Part shown: in pieces, positions 51,709 through 63,552 of the stretch | How the letters are laid out: every line of letters begins with the position of its first letter | Numbering within the stretch: the stretch's first letter is position 1 | Origin: Octopus bimaculoides | Lineage: Eukaryota | NCBI RefSeq assembly: GCF_001194135.2 | Contig: NC_068983.1 | Span: 63,850,563 to 63,914,114, forward strand | Direction of reading: 5' to 3' | DNA length: 63,552 nucleotides | Notes under the pieces: generated by a model | What the model was told of the DNA's origin: nothing | The model's input: the letters and a program-made list of their open reading frames with translations, nothing else | Databases searched by the model: none | Translations under genes and position numbers: made by a program

Positions 51709-52899
51709 CCGCTCCCTCCTTCTTTTCACTGACACGATCTTAAATTAAATTTGATTAAAAAAATACTAACAACAACAACAACAACAAACAAACAACCAAG
51801 TATCTATGAAACTGACCGAAATACTGGTGATTGTTGGGAAGGCGTGGTTAATAACATGTGGAAGAAACTCTGATGCCGTCTGGCTGTTTATTAAAAGCAT
51901 CTAATGCGGTTCGTCCTGCAATCATGTGACGGTAATTAATAATTCAATTAATTCTTCAAATGAAATTTAAGCTAATTAGCCGATTATGAAATAGAAAAGG
52001 GCAGTTTGTTGTTGGAAATATTGCTGCCAAAAAACGTAATAATCTAATGGTTATCTCTTGGACTCCAACCAATAAATATTTCCTTATCTGTTCTGTCGAC
52101 ATTACGATAACTATTGGGTTTAAATTTTTAACGAAAAACTTTATTGAAAAGTCTCAGAGGATTACGCAGATATGGCAACTGACGTTTTGTCTCTTCAAAT
52201 ATTTTCTCATTTTATATAATGAGAATAGAAATAGATTCAACTATCCTTCCATCCATCTATCCATCCATCCATCCATCCATCCATCCATCCATCTATCCTC
52301 TCGTACACATGTACACATATGCATAAACACACAGATATATATATGTGTGTTTTGTATGTATGTATGTATGTATGTTTGTGTGTGTGTGTTCGAAGGTTAT
52401 AATGGACACAGATTCGCGTGTCACATAGCTAGCAAGAGGCGATGGCCTCTTGGAGCTAANNNNNNNNNNCTAGCAAGAGGCGATGGCCTCTTGGAGCTAA
52501 TCAACGGCAGCATTCGTCCTATTTTTTGGACTGCCATGTTGGCTTGGCGATAACTATATATGTGTATATATGAGATGAAATATAATCGCAAGAGACTGAT
52601 AGTGCTCGGCATCGACAACACTTGTTTAATTTACAAAAGGCAATAAAACAGTACAGTAAAGTTGAGGTCGGGAGCAATATTCAATATTTTGTACACAGTT
52701 CTTCTTCAGGATAGTGTTGACAGAATAAACAAAACAAGACTGGAGATTTTTATGTCGTCTTTGTTTGAGAACCCAAAACAACTTGAGCTTTACATATAGA
52801 TAGGAAGTAGAAGGAGATAGAAACTACGTGAGAAAAGGAAGACAGAAGCGAAAGGAAGGGGAGAGAAAAGCAGGTAAATACTAGTTAAAGGATAAAATT

Positions 52900-54000
52900 G
52901 AAAGATACGGGTTGCGCGGGGTACGGAATTATATGAATATGATTACCGAACTGACAGAAAGTAACATGTTTCTCAGTTTGTATATCAAATGTTGTTCCTT
53001 CTTTGAGTATGCGGATGCATAGACGGCGGCAGCCTGATTCCCCCAATATGTATAGCGAGGCAAAACTTGTAGATGATGTAATACCTGAAGCTGGTTAATG
53101 TGCAAAAGAAGTTTTGAGTAATATAGTACAGTGAAATAGGATTGGTGATGGGTGTATTGTTATTATTGCAGGGGAAGGTATTTGGTCATCGGCGAACACA
53201 CTTAAAATTTACTGTTTTTGTGTGGCTGGTCGTTGTGGCACTTCTAGGGGTTGCTAAGAGACCTATTTCGGTTAACGGCGGCCAGAAGTATTGCATGAAC
53301 AATTGGAACGGTTGTAGGTTTAGAAAGTAGGACGTGGAAGTTGCAGATTAGTTTGTCTTTCACTGGAAGGATGGACGAGTGAAAGGTGAGACGTAGTGGA
53401 ATCAGGTCTGTAGATATGCAAGGAGTTCTTAAGAAACCAGTGGTACATTTGAAAGTGTGTCCACAACAGATCGAGGGTATCCTCCGTTGAAACAGAAATA
53501 TTACATTCTTTGACATAAATATTCGAAATTCGAGCGAATGGTGCAGAGTAGATTTAGTGGGTTTAGGTTAAGAAGAAGAGCAGTAGAGACATGTTTAATA
53601 TGCAGACGGTTTGTAGTAAAGAGTAGTGGACAGGTAGATAGTGTTGATAGTAATGGATATATTGAGAATTCTACGTCGATGTCCAATGCACTGAAGGTGA
53701 ATTCCACGACGTGGCGGAAGGCGTTAACAAAAGAGATAAACTAACCAAGTTAGAGTTTGATGGATATGGTGCTCAGATATTGTGAATATAACGATTGTAA
53801 AGTGATGGCTACATTGAATTGGATAAAGATTTGCTCTTCAATGTAACCTACAAAGATGTTTGCACAATTGGAACCCATCATATCGCCTATAGCGACCCCG
53901 TTGACTTGTTTGGAGAATCCGTCTTAGCGGAGCAGTGTGGTAGGCCTGGATGCAAGTAGAAGTGGCTTAAAGCAAGAGTTGAATGGTTTGATAAGTCATC
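52900..54000 (-). mobile_element. Penelope-like element remnant (RT, linker, GIY-YIG nuclease)
   Basis: KQVNGVAIGDMMGSNCANIFVGYIEEQIF (53829-53912), YYKP, GYP, IPLRLTFHSSILPV...NRNRSLSN, frameshifted LYI-GES (~53040) and KEQHLIYKL (52974-53000). Confidence 0.82.
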
Positions 54001-54510
54001 GCTGTGGGAAATGATTCTAAAGGGTGATGTAATTTCTTTGCTGAAAAGTGCCTTAGATTTTCCAATATTGACTCAAAGAGCGAGCATCTGGAACTAAAGT
54101 CACAAGATATCCAATGTGCTAACTTTTTTCGTCAAACATCGTGTTACCTATCAATAAAGAATTCGTGCTTCATTATAGTGTTTGTTCACTGTAATGCCTA
54201 TAGTACTGAGAAGCGAAACTAACGTATTAGTTACAAAATACCAATTTCTTCAGGCTGTTTGTTTTTATTATTTTATTTCCCAGTGCTATGACTTTATAAC
54301 GTACTTAAGTTTTAAAACATCCACATGATGTTTCAGATTCCATTCTTATAGGATTAAATATTTTGCCAAGAGCAATTGCCGAACTTGTGAAAACAACCGA
54401 TTAAGTCTTACATTTTGAATACACGTAGAAACTTGCATATATATCTACTGACATATATAGTAAAAAATCACAATCATGTCGGCTTATACATACATACATG
54501 CATACATACA

Positions 54511-54544
<34 letters not shown>

Positions 54545-54904
54545 NNNNNNNNNNNNNNNNNNNNNNNNNNNNNNNNNNNNNNNNNNNNNNNNNNNNNNNN
54601 NNNNNNNNNNNNNNNNNNNNNNNNNNNNNNNNNNNNNNNNNNNNNNNNNNNNNNNNNNNNNNNNNNNNNNNNNNNNNNNNNNNNNNNNNNNNNNNNNNNN
54701 NNNNNNNNNNNNNNNNNNNNNNNNNNNNNNNNNNNNNNNNNNNNNNNNNNNNNNNNNNNNNNNNNNNNNNNNNNNNNNNNNNNNNNNNNNNNNNNNNNNN
54801 NNNNNNNNNNNNNNNNNNNNNNNNNNNNNNNNNNNNNNNNNNNNNNNNNNNNNNNNNNNNNNNNNNNNNNNNNNNNNNNNNNNNNNNNNNNNNNNNNNNN
54901 NNNN

Positions 54905-54948
<44 letters not shown>

Positions 54949-55769
54949 GTGTGTATAGCTCGGTCAGTCAGACGTTGTGCGTTGGTGAGCGGGCATTGGA
55001 ACACCACTGAAAAAGTGGCAAACTCAGCTTTTGCTAACCTATGTCTTCGGGGCAAGGTCACACTGATATAAAACCAGGTATACTGGAAATGACAGAGAGA
55101 ATTTTGGGTATCTTAATGGGCTTTCGATCAAGGCACTCTCAAACACACTCCAAATACTGCTACCAGTCTTGGTACTTGATATAATCGGTGTGCTTGATAT
55201 TTTGACGCAGCTTGTTTGTGGTCCACGTCAAAAGAATAGAGAGGATCTATTAGTTGTGTTGAAACTAAAATCCTGCACAAATATTGCTGGAATTTCGCAT
55301 AGGAATTACTGCTTAACGTCTATCTGTACATATGCACGCATGCATGCATACATACATATATGCACACATACATATATACATACATGTAAAGCATTCCAGA
55401 ATTTTAGAATTAATGTATATATGCACATGTGTGGACTTGCAACTATATGACTGAGAATGCATATGCAATTCCGCACATGTACTGACTGCAAATATTACAA
55501 ATATACAAACAAACATACACAAATACCCTGTTTATATTGTTGAAATTCCAATGTTGAAATCCCCTATTGGCAGGAAATCTCGAAATAAACTGAATAGACA
55601 GACAGACAGACGGATAGACATACACACGCACACTCACACACAAATATACACATATTGTATCATAAATACACATACGCATATATTGGATACGAATAGACAA
55701 TCTCAGTTCCCTCCAAAACCATTTTCATCGCTATAGAATTTTGCATGATTGGGAAAATATTCCATAAAC

Positions 55770-56110
55770 ATTACAAAAATGACACTAGCATTAGATTTAT
55801 AATTCTCCCAGATCTTGGTACCAGAAATATATGACTGCTACAACATTAAGATAGAAATATTTAACAGCATTCCAAAACACATAAGAGATGAAGCAGACAC
55901 CATAACATTTAAACGCTTCCTGCACAAATTCTTCCGACAATTTCCGGACAGACCACGTGCACACGGAATATCTCTGCAAAACAATAACTCTTTACTGGAA
56001 TGGGCTAGTTACATAATCCATAACAGAAATATGAAACACAATTAAACGTCTTTTCCAGGTGGTATTTGAATGTTACTCATGACCCGGGGAAATACTGGCC
56101 AAAGTCTAAG
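55770..56110 (+). mobile_element. LINE ORF2 C-terminus and 3'UTR (CR1/L2-like), 5'-truncated
   Basis: IFNSIPKHIRDE...TFKRFLHKFFRQFPDRP...NNSLLEW. Confidence 0.65.
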
Positions 56111-58014
56111 TATCTGATTATATATATGTATGTACGTAGGAATCTATCTATAATTTCAAGATGAAAGCTTATAAGACAGCACCGTGTATCGACTAAAAAA
56201 GTAGTCTTCTATTGGATCATAGAAGCCCTATCCACCTCGACTGAAAACAAGTAGGTTTTTGTAAGAACAGGAACCGAACCCACATCTCTTTTACTCGCTG
56301 TGTACTAATCGATTACACAAATATATCCACTCGCTTGCTTGCGTTAGATTTAAGAGCTATATTTTCATAGTATTGTTTCTTTAAATTTTCATAGTATTGT
56401 TTCTTGAATATGCGTTTTCGGGGTTAAAATGAGAAATGGTGACACGTGTTATTTCTGTAGTTTAAAGCTTATAATCGATCAACATGCCCCGTGTAATATG
56501 ATTCTGGAAATGAGGCTGCAGAAATCCGTAATCTAAAATCCGAGTAACTAGAATTAAGGTATTCTAATGAATATAATAGATAATTAGTCATTGATTAACT
56601 GTTAGCTTTCTAACCACAATGAAGTTTATGCTTGGTAAAAGAAGTGTAATTAGGCTGACGTTTATCCTGAAGTTTATCTCGAGCTAACTATTATAGATAC
56701 GATATTGTAAAGCTTACTATATCTAAACAGAAATCTTTATTTTATCATTCCTCATGACTCAACAGCGTGTGCCATCGTATAGACCTGGCATGAAAATGAA
56801 TTTACGTTAGATTTTCGAAATGTGTGTATTATAATTGTTTGGATCCAAGTGATGCAAACGTATTTATAGCAAAAGTATTTTAGACATGTAATCTGGCTAC
56901 ATTTAACTCTTAGGTTTTTATTTCTTTAAAGACACAAATGTGTGGATTAAATGGGATTTGGCTGAAATCCCTTTCCAGATTGCGACTAAGTAGAGACCCT
57001 TGTCTGTTGTTTTAATACATATTACACATTTGTTACTGTTTCAGATGGTGGCCTTGCTAGAGATATCATTACTATTAAAGTTGCAGCTATGAGAGATGCT
57101 GTTACACCTCTTTTGCACCTGCTTTTGAAAATGATGGTTGATGTTACAGCTACTGCTGCAACATTTGTAACTGCTGAAAAATTTGCAGCTGCTGCCAAAA
57201 TTCTTGTTGCTATTTGTGCTGCTGCTGTTGTCGAATAGTTACTGCCAATTCCTTACCGCTGACAAACTTCAATATTTAACTGAGTTACAATATTATAAAT
57301 TTGCTGAGAATTGGCTTCTCTCCAGTACATTACTGTTACTATATTTCATAGTGCCCAATAAGTTTACTACCAGAGACAATCTCAACCATATTACATACAG
57401 CAGAGTGCATTAATATTATGTTAACTGAAACATGGGTCCCTGCTAGCAAAACAAAAAAACAATAAGACGAAACCATTTACCTATAATATTCCTCGTGTAA
57501 CGTATCTACAATCTAATGCAACAATCAAATGTGAAGATTCATTCATTCATTCATAGCAGTTTTGATTTCACGAAATAGTAGCGAAATATTCTATAAGCCA
57601 TCTCAATATGGCGAATCATCAAACTTTTATTGGTCGTCGAAATTCAAATAGTAGATGCGTCATACAATTATCTATTCAATTTTCATGGACAGAGAGCTTG
57701 AATGATATGTGACATTTTCAAGTTATAGACTCATATGCATACAATAAATACAAGCAACAGAAGCAACACAAGTAGTTATTGTTAAGATTTTAGTGTTAAT
57801 GATTAAGTGTAGATTTTTATTATATATTATGTCCATCCTGCAGGATATGGCAAATCTAATACATGAAAATAAAGTATTTTACCCAGTTGGTAGTTCGAAA
57901 TATCTGAATAAATATGTATGGAAGTGTCTGCTACAATGTATCAATTCTAATGTTTTATTCAAAACAGTGGTAGCCAAGTATACTTTCTTGACAAGAACAT
58001 TCTGCAGTAATTAA

Positions 58015-59197
58015 TATAGGGTAGTCACTTGTTCTATAAATTCAGAAAGCTATATGCAGATGTGATAAGATGTCTTTCTGAATGAATGTATACACATGTT
58101 GCAAGGAGTTTCGTTTACAGTCATATTCAGTAAGACCTCTCTTTTTATGTTTAAATTCTTACATGTTTCAGTCATCATACTCTCGTCCTGCTTGACCCCG
58201 CGTGAAGCATTTAGAGGAAATAAATCGATTCCGCTCTTTCTCTGAGGTATCTTCACAATATAACTAAAGAAATTCATAGCATGGATGGTATACTGGCTCA
58301 ATCGAGTAAAGCAGGAAACCTGTACAGGCTTATCAAGGACTATTACCTAGAATTGTTTAGAAAAGAAATACAGAAGAATTATAGGATTACAGGTAAAATT
58401 GCAATCGGGAACGCCAGAATGCTGCTAATGAAGCGCTGGGTGTTAATGTCATCAACCGAGGGCACAAAAACGAGGGGAATTTTTTCCGTGTCACAGCCAC
58501 CCAACCTATAAGTGAATGGGAATTTTGACGTCGGTTTACGAGTCTACCCTCGACGGAGCCAGATACACTCCAACGCCGGTCATTCTGGTGCTTTACTGTC
58601 TGTTCGATGTCAAATTTCTTTTCAGCAATGAACACCAGGTTGAGCAGTGTGCCTTCCGCAATCTGACGCAGGATTAGACGACTTCTTACTTGTCTCATGG
58701 CCTTATAAACGGCAGATCATCTTGTAGGGGTGGGTCCTGAGATCCTCTACAGCACTCAGTACATCGATGTTCAGATTATTTTTGCAGTGGTAGCCAGTTT
58801 TCTGAAGGGATGACGAGGATTTCGCCGTATCATTCCTTTGTTACTTTCGATAAAATGAGGGGCCGCACACTTTGTTTTCGGTTACGTCCAGGTCAATGAA
58901 CAGTGGAACTAGTCTCTTGAATTTTCTTGGCAATTTCCAGACCGTTCGGTTAAATTTAAGCTTTCTTTTTAATATAGCTGTATTACATACACCTCCTTTG
59001 TGGAGAGTTATGATTGCATTGTGTTTTTTGGTCTATAGCCATTATGTAGTTTATATATCTGAATTTATTTAATCTAAAACAAAATCAAGACAGAACAAGC
59101 TTTTATAATGATGTATAATTTTTATATCTTATCATATTTCTTGATAGTTATCAAAGCACGGAATTTCGGATACCTGATTGTCGGGACACACTGAATA
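58015..59197 (-). mobile_element. maT/DD37D-like (Bmmar1-related) transposon, decayed
   Basis: ATG near 59042; PGRNRK, MIRRNPRHPFRKLA, LVFIAEKKFDIEQTVKHQNDRRW...SLIGWVAV, KQD. TIR-like CAGTGTGTCCC at 59183-59193; the opposite TIR is weak. Confidence 0.75.
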
Positions 59198-59224
59198 TGT
59201 ATATACATCTATGTTTGTGTTTCT

Positions 59225-59440
59225 ATGTTTGTACCCACCAGCCCGCCATCGCTTGACAACCGATGCTAGTGTGTTTATGTCCCTGTAAATTAGCAGTTCG
59301 ACAAAAGATGCTGATAGAATAAGTACTAGGCTTACAAGGAAATGGTCCTGGAGTCAATTTCTTCGACTAAAACACTTTAAGGCCGTAGTCCAGCTTCGCT
59401 GTAGTCAAATGACTGAAACAAGCAAAAGAATAGAAGAGTA
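59225..59440 (+). mobile_element. SINE family A 3' half
   Basis: catcgcttgacaaccgatgct...aataagtactagg...aaatgactgaaacaag. Confidence 0.85.
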
Positions 59441-59534
59441 AAAGAATATATATACAGATAGATAGATGAATAGATACACAGAGACTGACAGATCAATAGA
59501 TCAATCAATACATAGGTAAATAGGTAAATACAAT

Positions 59535-59675
59535 AGGATCCTTTCAGTTACTGACTGGAAATTCCACTCGTTGGTTCTGGATTACAGTAGGAGGCACCTG
59601 TCCAAGATAACGCGCAGAGAAATTGAACTCAATAACACACGGTTCGGAAGCAAGCTTCTAACACATATCCAGAAC
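59535..59675 (-). mobile_element. SINE family A 5' half, decayed
   Basis: Reverse complement gives agaagcttgcttccgaacc...gagttcaatt...cttggacaggtgcctcctactgta. Confidence 0.6.
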
Positions 59676-60102
59676 AATTTGCTTGCAGAACATTCGGCTT
59701 CACAGTCCTACAATAGAGGAAATAGTTCAATAAACGTATGATTTAGGGACACACATGCCGTTGAGACGAAAAATATTAGAATTGCACAGAAGAAAGTTTT
59801 GAGTTTTCTTGCGGAAAACGAGACTTCAGTTAATAATTCATAGCGCAAGTGCTATTCAAATTTCAAAATACGCATGATATTAACAACTTACGGATACGTG
59901 CTGCTTTATAAACTTTGTAATAATGCTGAAAATAGGAGCAACATATGTCTGGAGGAAATATTTAAATGTGTAATATATTTTTATCCATTTCTTGTGGTTA
60001 TAAGCTGATGTACTTACGAACACACACACATACATACATACATACATACATACATGCACACACACACACACACACACACGCACACACACACACACACACA
60101 CA

Positions 60103-61099
60103 NNNNNNNNNNNNNNNNNNNNNNNNNNNNNNNNNNNNNNNNNNNNNNNNNNNNNNNNNNNNNNNNNNNNNNNNNNNNNNNNNNNNNNNNNNNNNNNNNN
60201 NNNNNNNNNNNNNNNNNNNNNNNNNNNNNNNNNNNNNNNNNNNNNNNNNNNNNNNNNNNNNNNNNNNNNNNNNNNNNNNNNNNNNNNNNNNNNNNNNNNN
60301 NNNNNNNNNNNNNNNNNNNNNNNNNNNNNNNNNNNNNNNNNNNNNNNNNNNNNNNNNNNNNNNNNNNNNNNNNNNNNNNNNNNNNNNNNNNNNNNNNNNN
60401 NNNNNNNNNNNNNNNNNNNNNNNNNNNNNNNNNNNNNNNNNNNNNNNNNNNNNNNNNNNNNNNNNNNNNNNNNNNNNNNNNNNNNNNNNNNNNNNNNNNN
60501 NNNNNNNNNNNNNNNNNNNNNNNNNNNNNNNNNNNNNNNNNNNNNNNNNNNNNNNNNNNNNNNNNNNNNNNNNNNNNNNNNNNNNNNNNNNNNNNNNNNN
60601 NNNNNNNNNNNNNNNNNNNNNNNNNNNNNNNNNNNNNNNNNNNNNNNNNNNNNNNNNNNNNNNNNNNNNNNNNNNNNNNNNNNNNNNNNNNNNNNNNNNN
60701 NNNNNNNNNNNNNNNNNNNNNNNNNNNNNNNNNNNNNNNNNNNNNNNNNNNNNNNNNNNNNNNNNNNNNNNNNNNNNNNNNNNNNNNNNNNNNNNNNNNN
60801 NNNNNNNNNNNNNNNNNNNNNNNNNNNNNNNNNNNNNNNNNNNNNNNNNNNNNNNNNNNNNNNNNNNNNNNNNNNNNNNNNNNNNNNNNNNNNNNNNNNN
60901 NNNNNNNNNNNNNNNNNNNNNNNNNNNNNNNNNNNNNNNNNNNNNNNNNNNNNNNNNNNNNNNNNNNNNNNNNNNNNNNNNNNNNNNNNNNNNNNNNNNN
61001 NNNNNNNNNNNNNNNNNNNNNNNNNNNNNNNNNNNNNNNNNNNNNNNNNNNNNNNNNNNNNNNNNNNNNNNNNNNNNNNNNNNNNNNNNNNNNNNNNNA
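60103..61099. other. Largest assembly gap. Others at 1730-1953, 12059-12693, 13453-13701, 18395-18482, 26860-27162, 38660-38673, 39000-39033, 44059-44233, 49920-50082, 52460-52469, 54545-54904 and 61834-61843.
   Basis: N-runs, most bounded by microsatellites. Confidence 0.98.
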
Positions 61100-61572
61100 T
61101 ATATATATATATATATATATAGCATTTCCAAATATTCTGTTATAGACTCCTATTTATTTAGATGTTTTGTTTAAATTATAGACAGAAACCTATAGCAGAA
61201 AAACATAGATGGAACGAAAAGAAAAAAGCTAGATACAAAATAAAGAAAAAGAGAAACATTGACAAATGGAAAACAAAGAACTCTATTCTAGCAATGTCTA
61301 AAGAATATTTACATTACATGTAACAGATTCTTGTGCGTTAGATGAGTTAGGTAAGCAGCGAATTCCCTCACGTGCCCATCAATATATTTCCAACTATACC
61401 GCCTTTGTTGTTTCATGATAACACATTAATGTACCTGTATGCATAGGTAAATATAGATGTACACAACTATATGTACACATACACACACACACACACACAC
61501 ACTCACACACACACCTACACACACACACACACACACAAATACATATACACACACATATATGTACATATGTAA

Positions 61573-61621
<49 letters not shown>

Positions 61622-62574
61622 CACGCAAAATGTATTCGTACAGTTATGTATGTGTGTATATATATATACATGCATACGTACATATATGCACGCATGCGTA
61701 AATGAATACTCTCACTCACATGTGTATGTGTAATTTTATAGACAGAGAGGAAAATATATATATATGTATATATTTAAATATATATGTGTATATACATATA
61801 TGCTTACACACACACAAACATAACCACACACACNNNNNNNNNNATACATGACTGTGCTTGGAGATCTGTACGTATGTATCTCTACGTACGTAAGTATATT
61901 TACATACAAGTATCTCTATGTGTATACATATTAAGCATATGCATACATTTGTAACTTTGTGCAAGGATGTCACGTATTCCTCTTTAAACGATGAATGAAA
62001 CCATTGTTTATTGTAAAGAGTTTGTTACCTCTTTGTTAACATGATGAAGAAGATGATAACTTTCTGTGTATCCACATACATGTGTCTAAACATATAGCTG
62101 TGTGTGATTTTGTATAATGCGCTATATCATAGGCGTAGTATTGCTGACAGTAAGCCTGTATATATGTTTGTGTGTATTTGAAACTACATTCAATAGATGA
62201 TGTTCCAGTATCTACTGGGTGAAAAGAAAAGAGCGGACACACTGTAATGGAGACAACATTTGTTAGAGAATTTAACAAAGGTGAACATATAATATTACAA
62301 CCGACCACGCAACGTTTCTTCCTGCTATATCTTTTTTCTACGCAATCGCACACAAAAATACACGTACCCATACATTTACACTTTTTTCTTTCTCTTACTC
62401 ACTTTTCATCTAAAGTAAAATGAACAGTTTTATCTACTTCGTATGTAGCTTTATTTTTAGAGTATTTATTTTTTCTTTCGTGTTGGTGGTTTTGCTTTCC
62501 TCTCTTCCATATAGTATCCAGCTAACGTGGTAAGGATATCATGAGCGAGGAGGCACGTATCTGAATGAGACAAT

Positions 62575-63040
62575 GAAAATGATGATCATGATAGTGGTGG
62601 TAGTGACAGTGGTGGTTGTGGTACTGATTATGATGATAACGATGATGATGATGAGGTGGAGGAGGAGAAGGAAGCGGAGGAGAAGGGATAGGAGGAGGAG
62701 GAGGAGGAGGAGGAGTAAGCTAAGGTGGTGAAGAAAGTTGGGGTTGGTGCTAGGAGTTGCCCTAACGACGAGCAACACGTTGAAAACGATAATGATGCTA
62801 CCTATTTTATGATGTTTATTATCACAAAGATGATGAAGACGATGCTTACGATAATGATGATGATGATGATGAGGAGGAGGAGGAAGCGGAGAAGTGGGAG
62901 GAAGAGGCAGCTGTTGCTAAGGAGAAGAAGGTAGTTGGCTGCTTCTGAGGGGGAGGAGAGGGAGGAGAGGAAGACATGGGAGGAGGAGAGGTGGAGGAAG
63001 CGGAAGCGGAAGGGCCAGGTATGGTTACTGATGAGGAGAA
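62575..63040 (+). repeat. Degenerate GAT/GGT/GAG triplet, purine-rich low-complexity block
   Basis: Read directly from the sequence. Confidence 0.85.
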
Positions 63041-63483
63041 GAATACAACAAAGTGAAAAGGTTGGGAAGAGAAAATAGTGTTTTTTTATGAATGTATAAT
63101 TATTCCCCAGTGTGCATGATTGGTAGTAAACTAATAAAACATACGTTCCAATTGTTATGACAATAAATTTTAGTGTATACTCAAAACGTGATAAAATATT
63201 ATTGTATGTTTCGACAGTAAAATAAACAGTGAAATAATAAGCGACATTTTACTTTAACAATACCGGAAATATATTTCGATTACCCGTTACATATGTATTC
63301 ATCGAACCGTATATACATACATATTTACACACACACTCACACACAAGCGGACACACACAAACCCACATACAAAGACACACATATATACATAACAGCGGAC
63401 ATCCAGTATGGCGCAGTCCTCGAAATGAAACTATAAAGAAAAAAACAAAAACAAAAAATAATATGTGTGTACGAGTGTGCGAG

Positions 63484-63543
<60 letters not shown>

Positions 63544-63552
63544 AATACCTAT

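Noticed and set aside
52430-52500. 30-bp direct repeat CTAGCAAGAGGCGATGGCCTCTTGGAGCTA
   Set aside because: Identical copies flank a 10-N gap, so this is a scaffolding overlap, not a biological repeat or CRISPR unit.
57041-57238. SDGGLARDI, resembling the kinase activation-loop motif DFGLARDI, after an acceptor-like TTTCAG
   Set aside because: The invariant Phe is absent, no downstream kinase motifs follow, and the frame is a degenerate GCT/GTT triplet tract.
12011-61174. Long ORFs in the track at 12011-12790, 13316-13816, 26666-27383, 44033-44323, 49647-50283, 54415-55071 and 59966-61174
   Set aside because: They are open only because they run through N-gaps and di/trinucleotide repeats; no coding signal.
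1-63552. Stand-alone tRNA genes or CRISPR arrays
   Set aside because: A/B boxes occur only in SINE heads without a full cloverleaf, and there is no constant-repeat/unique-spacer array.

Overview
Eukaryotic, AT-rich, draft-quality genomic DNA with 13 N-gaps, most of them bounded by microsatellites. The SINE heads and repeat landscape look like octopus/cephalopod DNA; this is recognition from memory, not a search. I recognise no host protein-coding exon, rRNA, tRNA or CRISPR array, and most long ORFs in the supplied track are artefacts of N-runs or microsatellites. The window is a graveyard of transposable elements: two Tx1-clade LINE copies (one fairly well preserved at ~0.7-4.2 kb), eight R4/Dong-type RLE retrotransposon fragments, three mariner copies, one maT/DD37D-like element, a Tc1/mariner end, a decayed Penelope-like element, other LINE scraps, two tRNA-type SINE families and a ~730-bp fold-back element. 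The best leads are: (1) a Penelope-type minimal hammerhead ribozyme at the left edge; (2) R4/Dong elements strand-specifically associated with (TAA)n tracts, sharing a GGT-loop 3'UTR hairpin with different stems across subfamilies, including one 5'-inverted insertion; (3) SINEs that stack into microsatellites carried by their own family. I see no evidence for a wholly new protein-based system.
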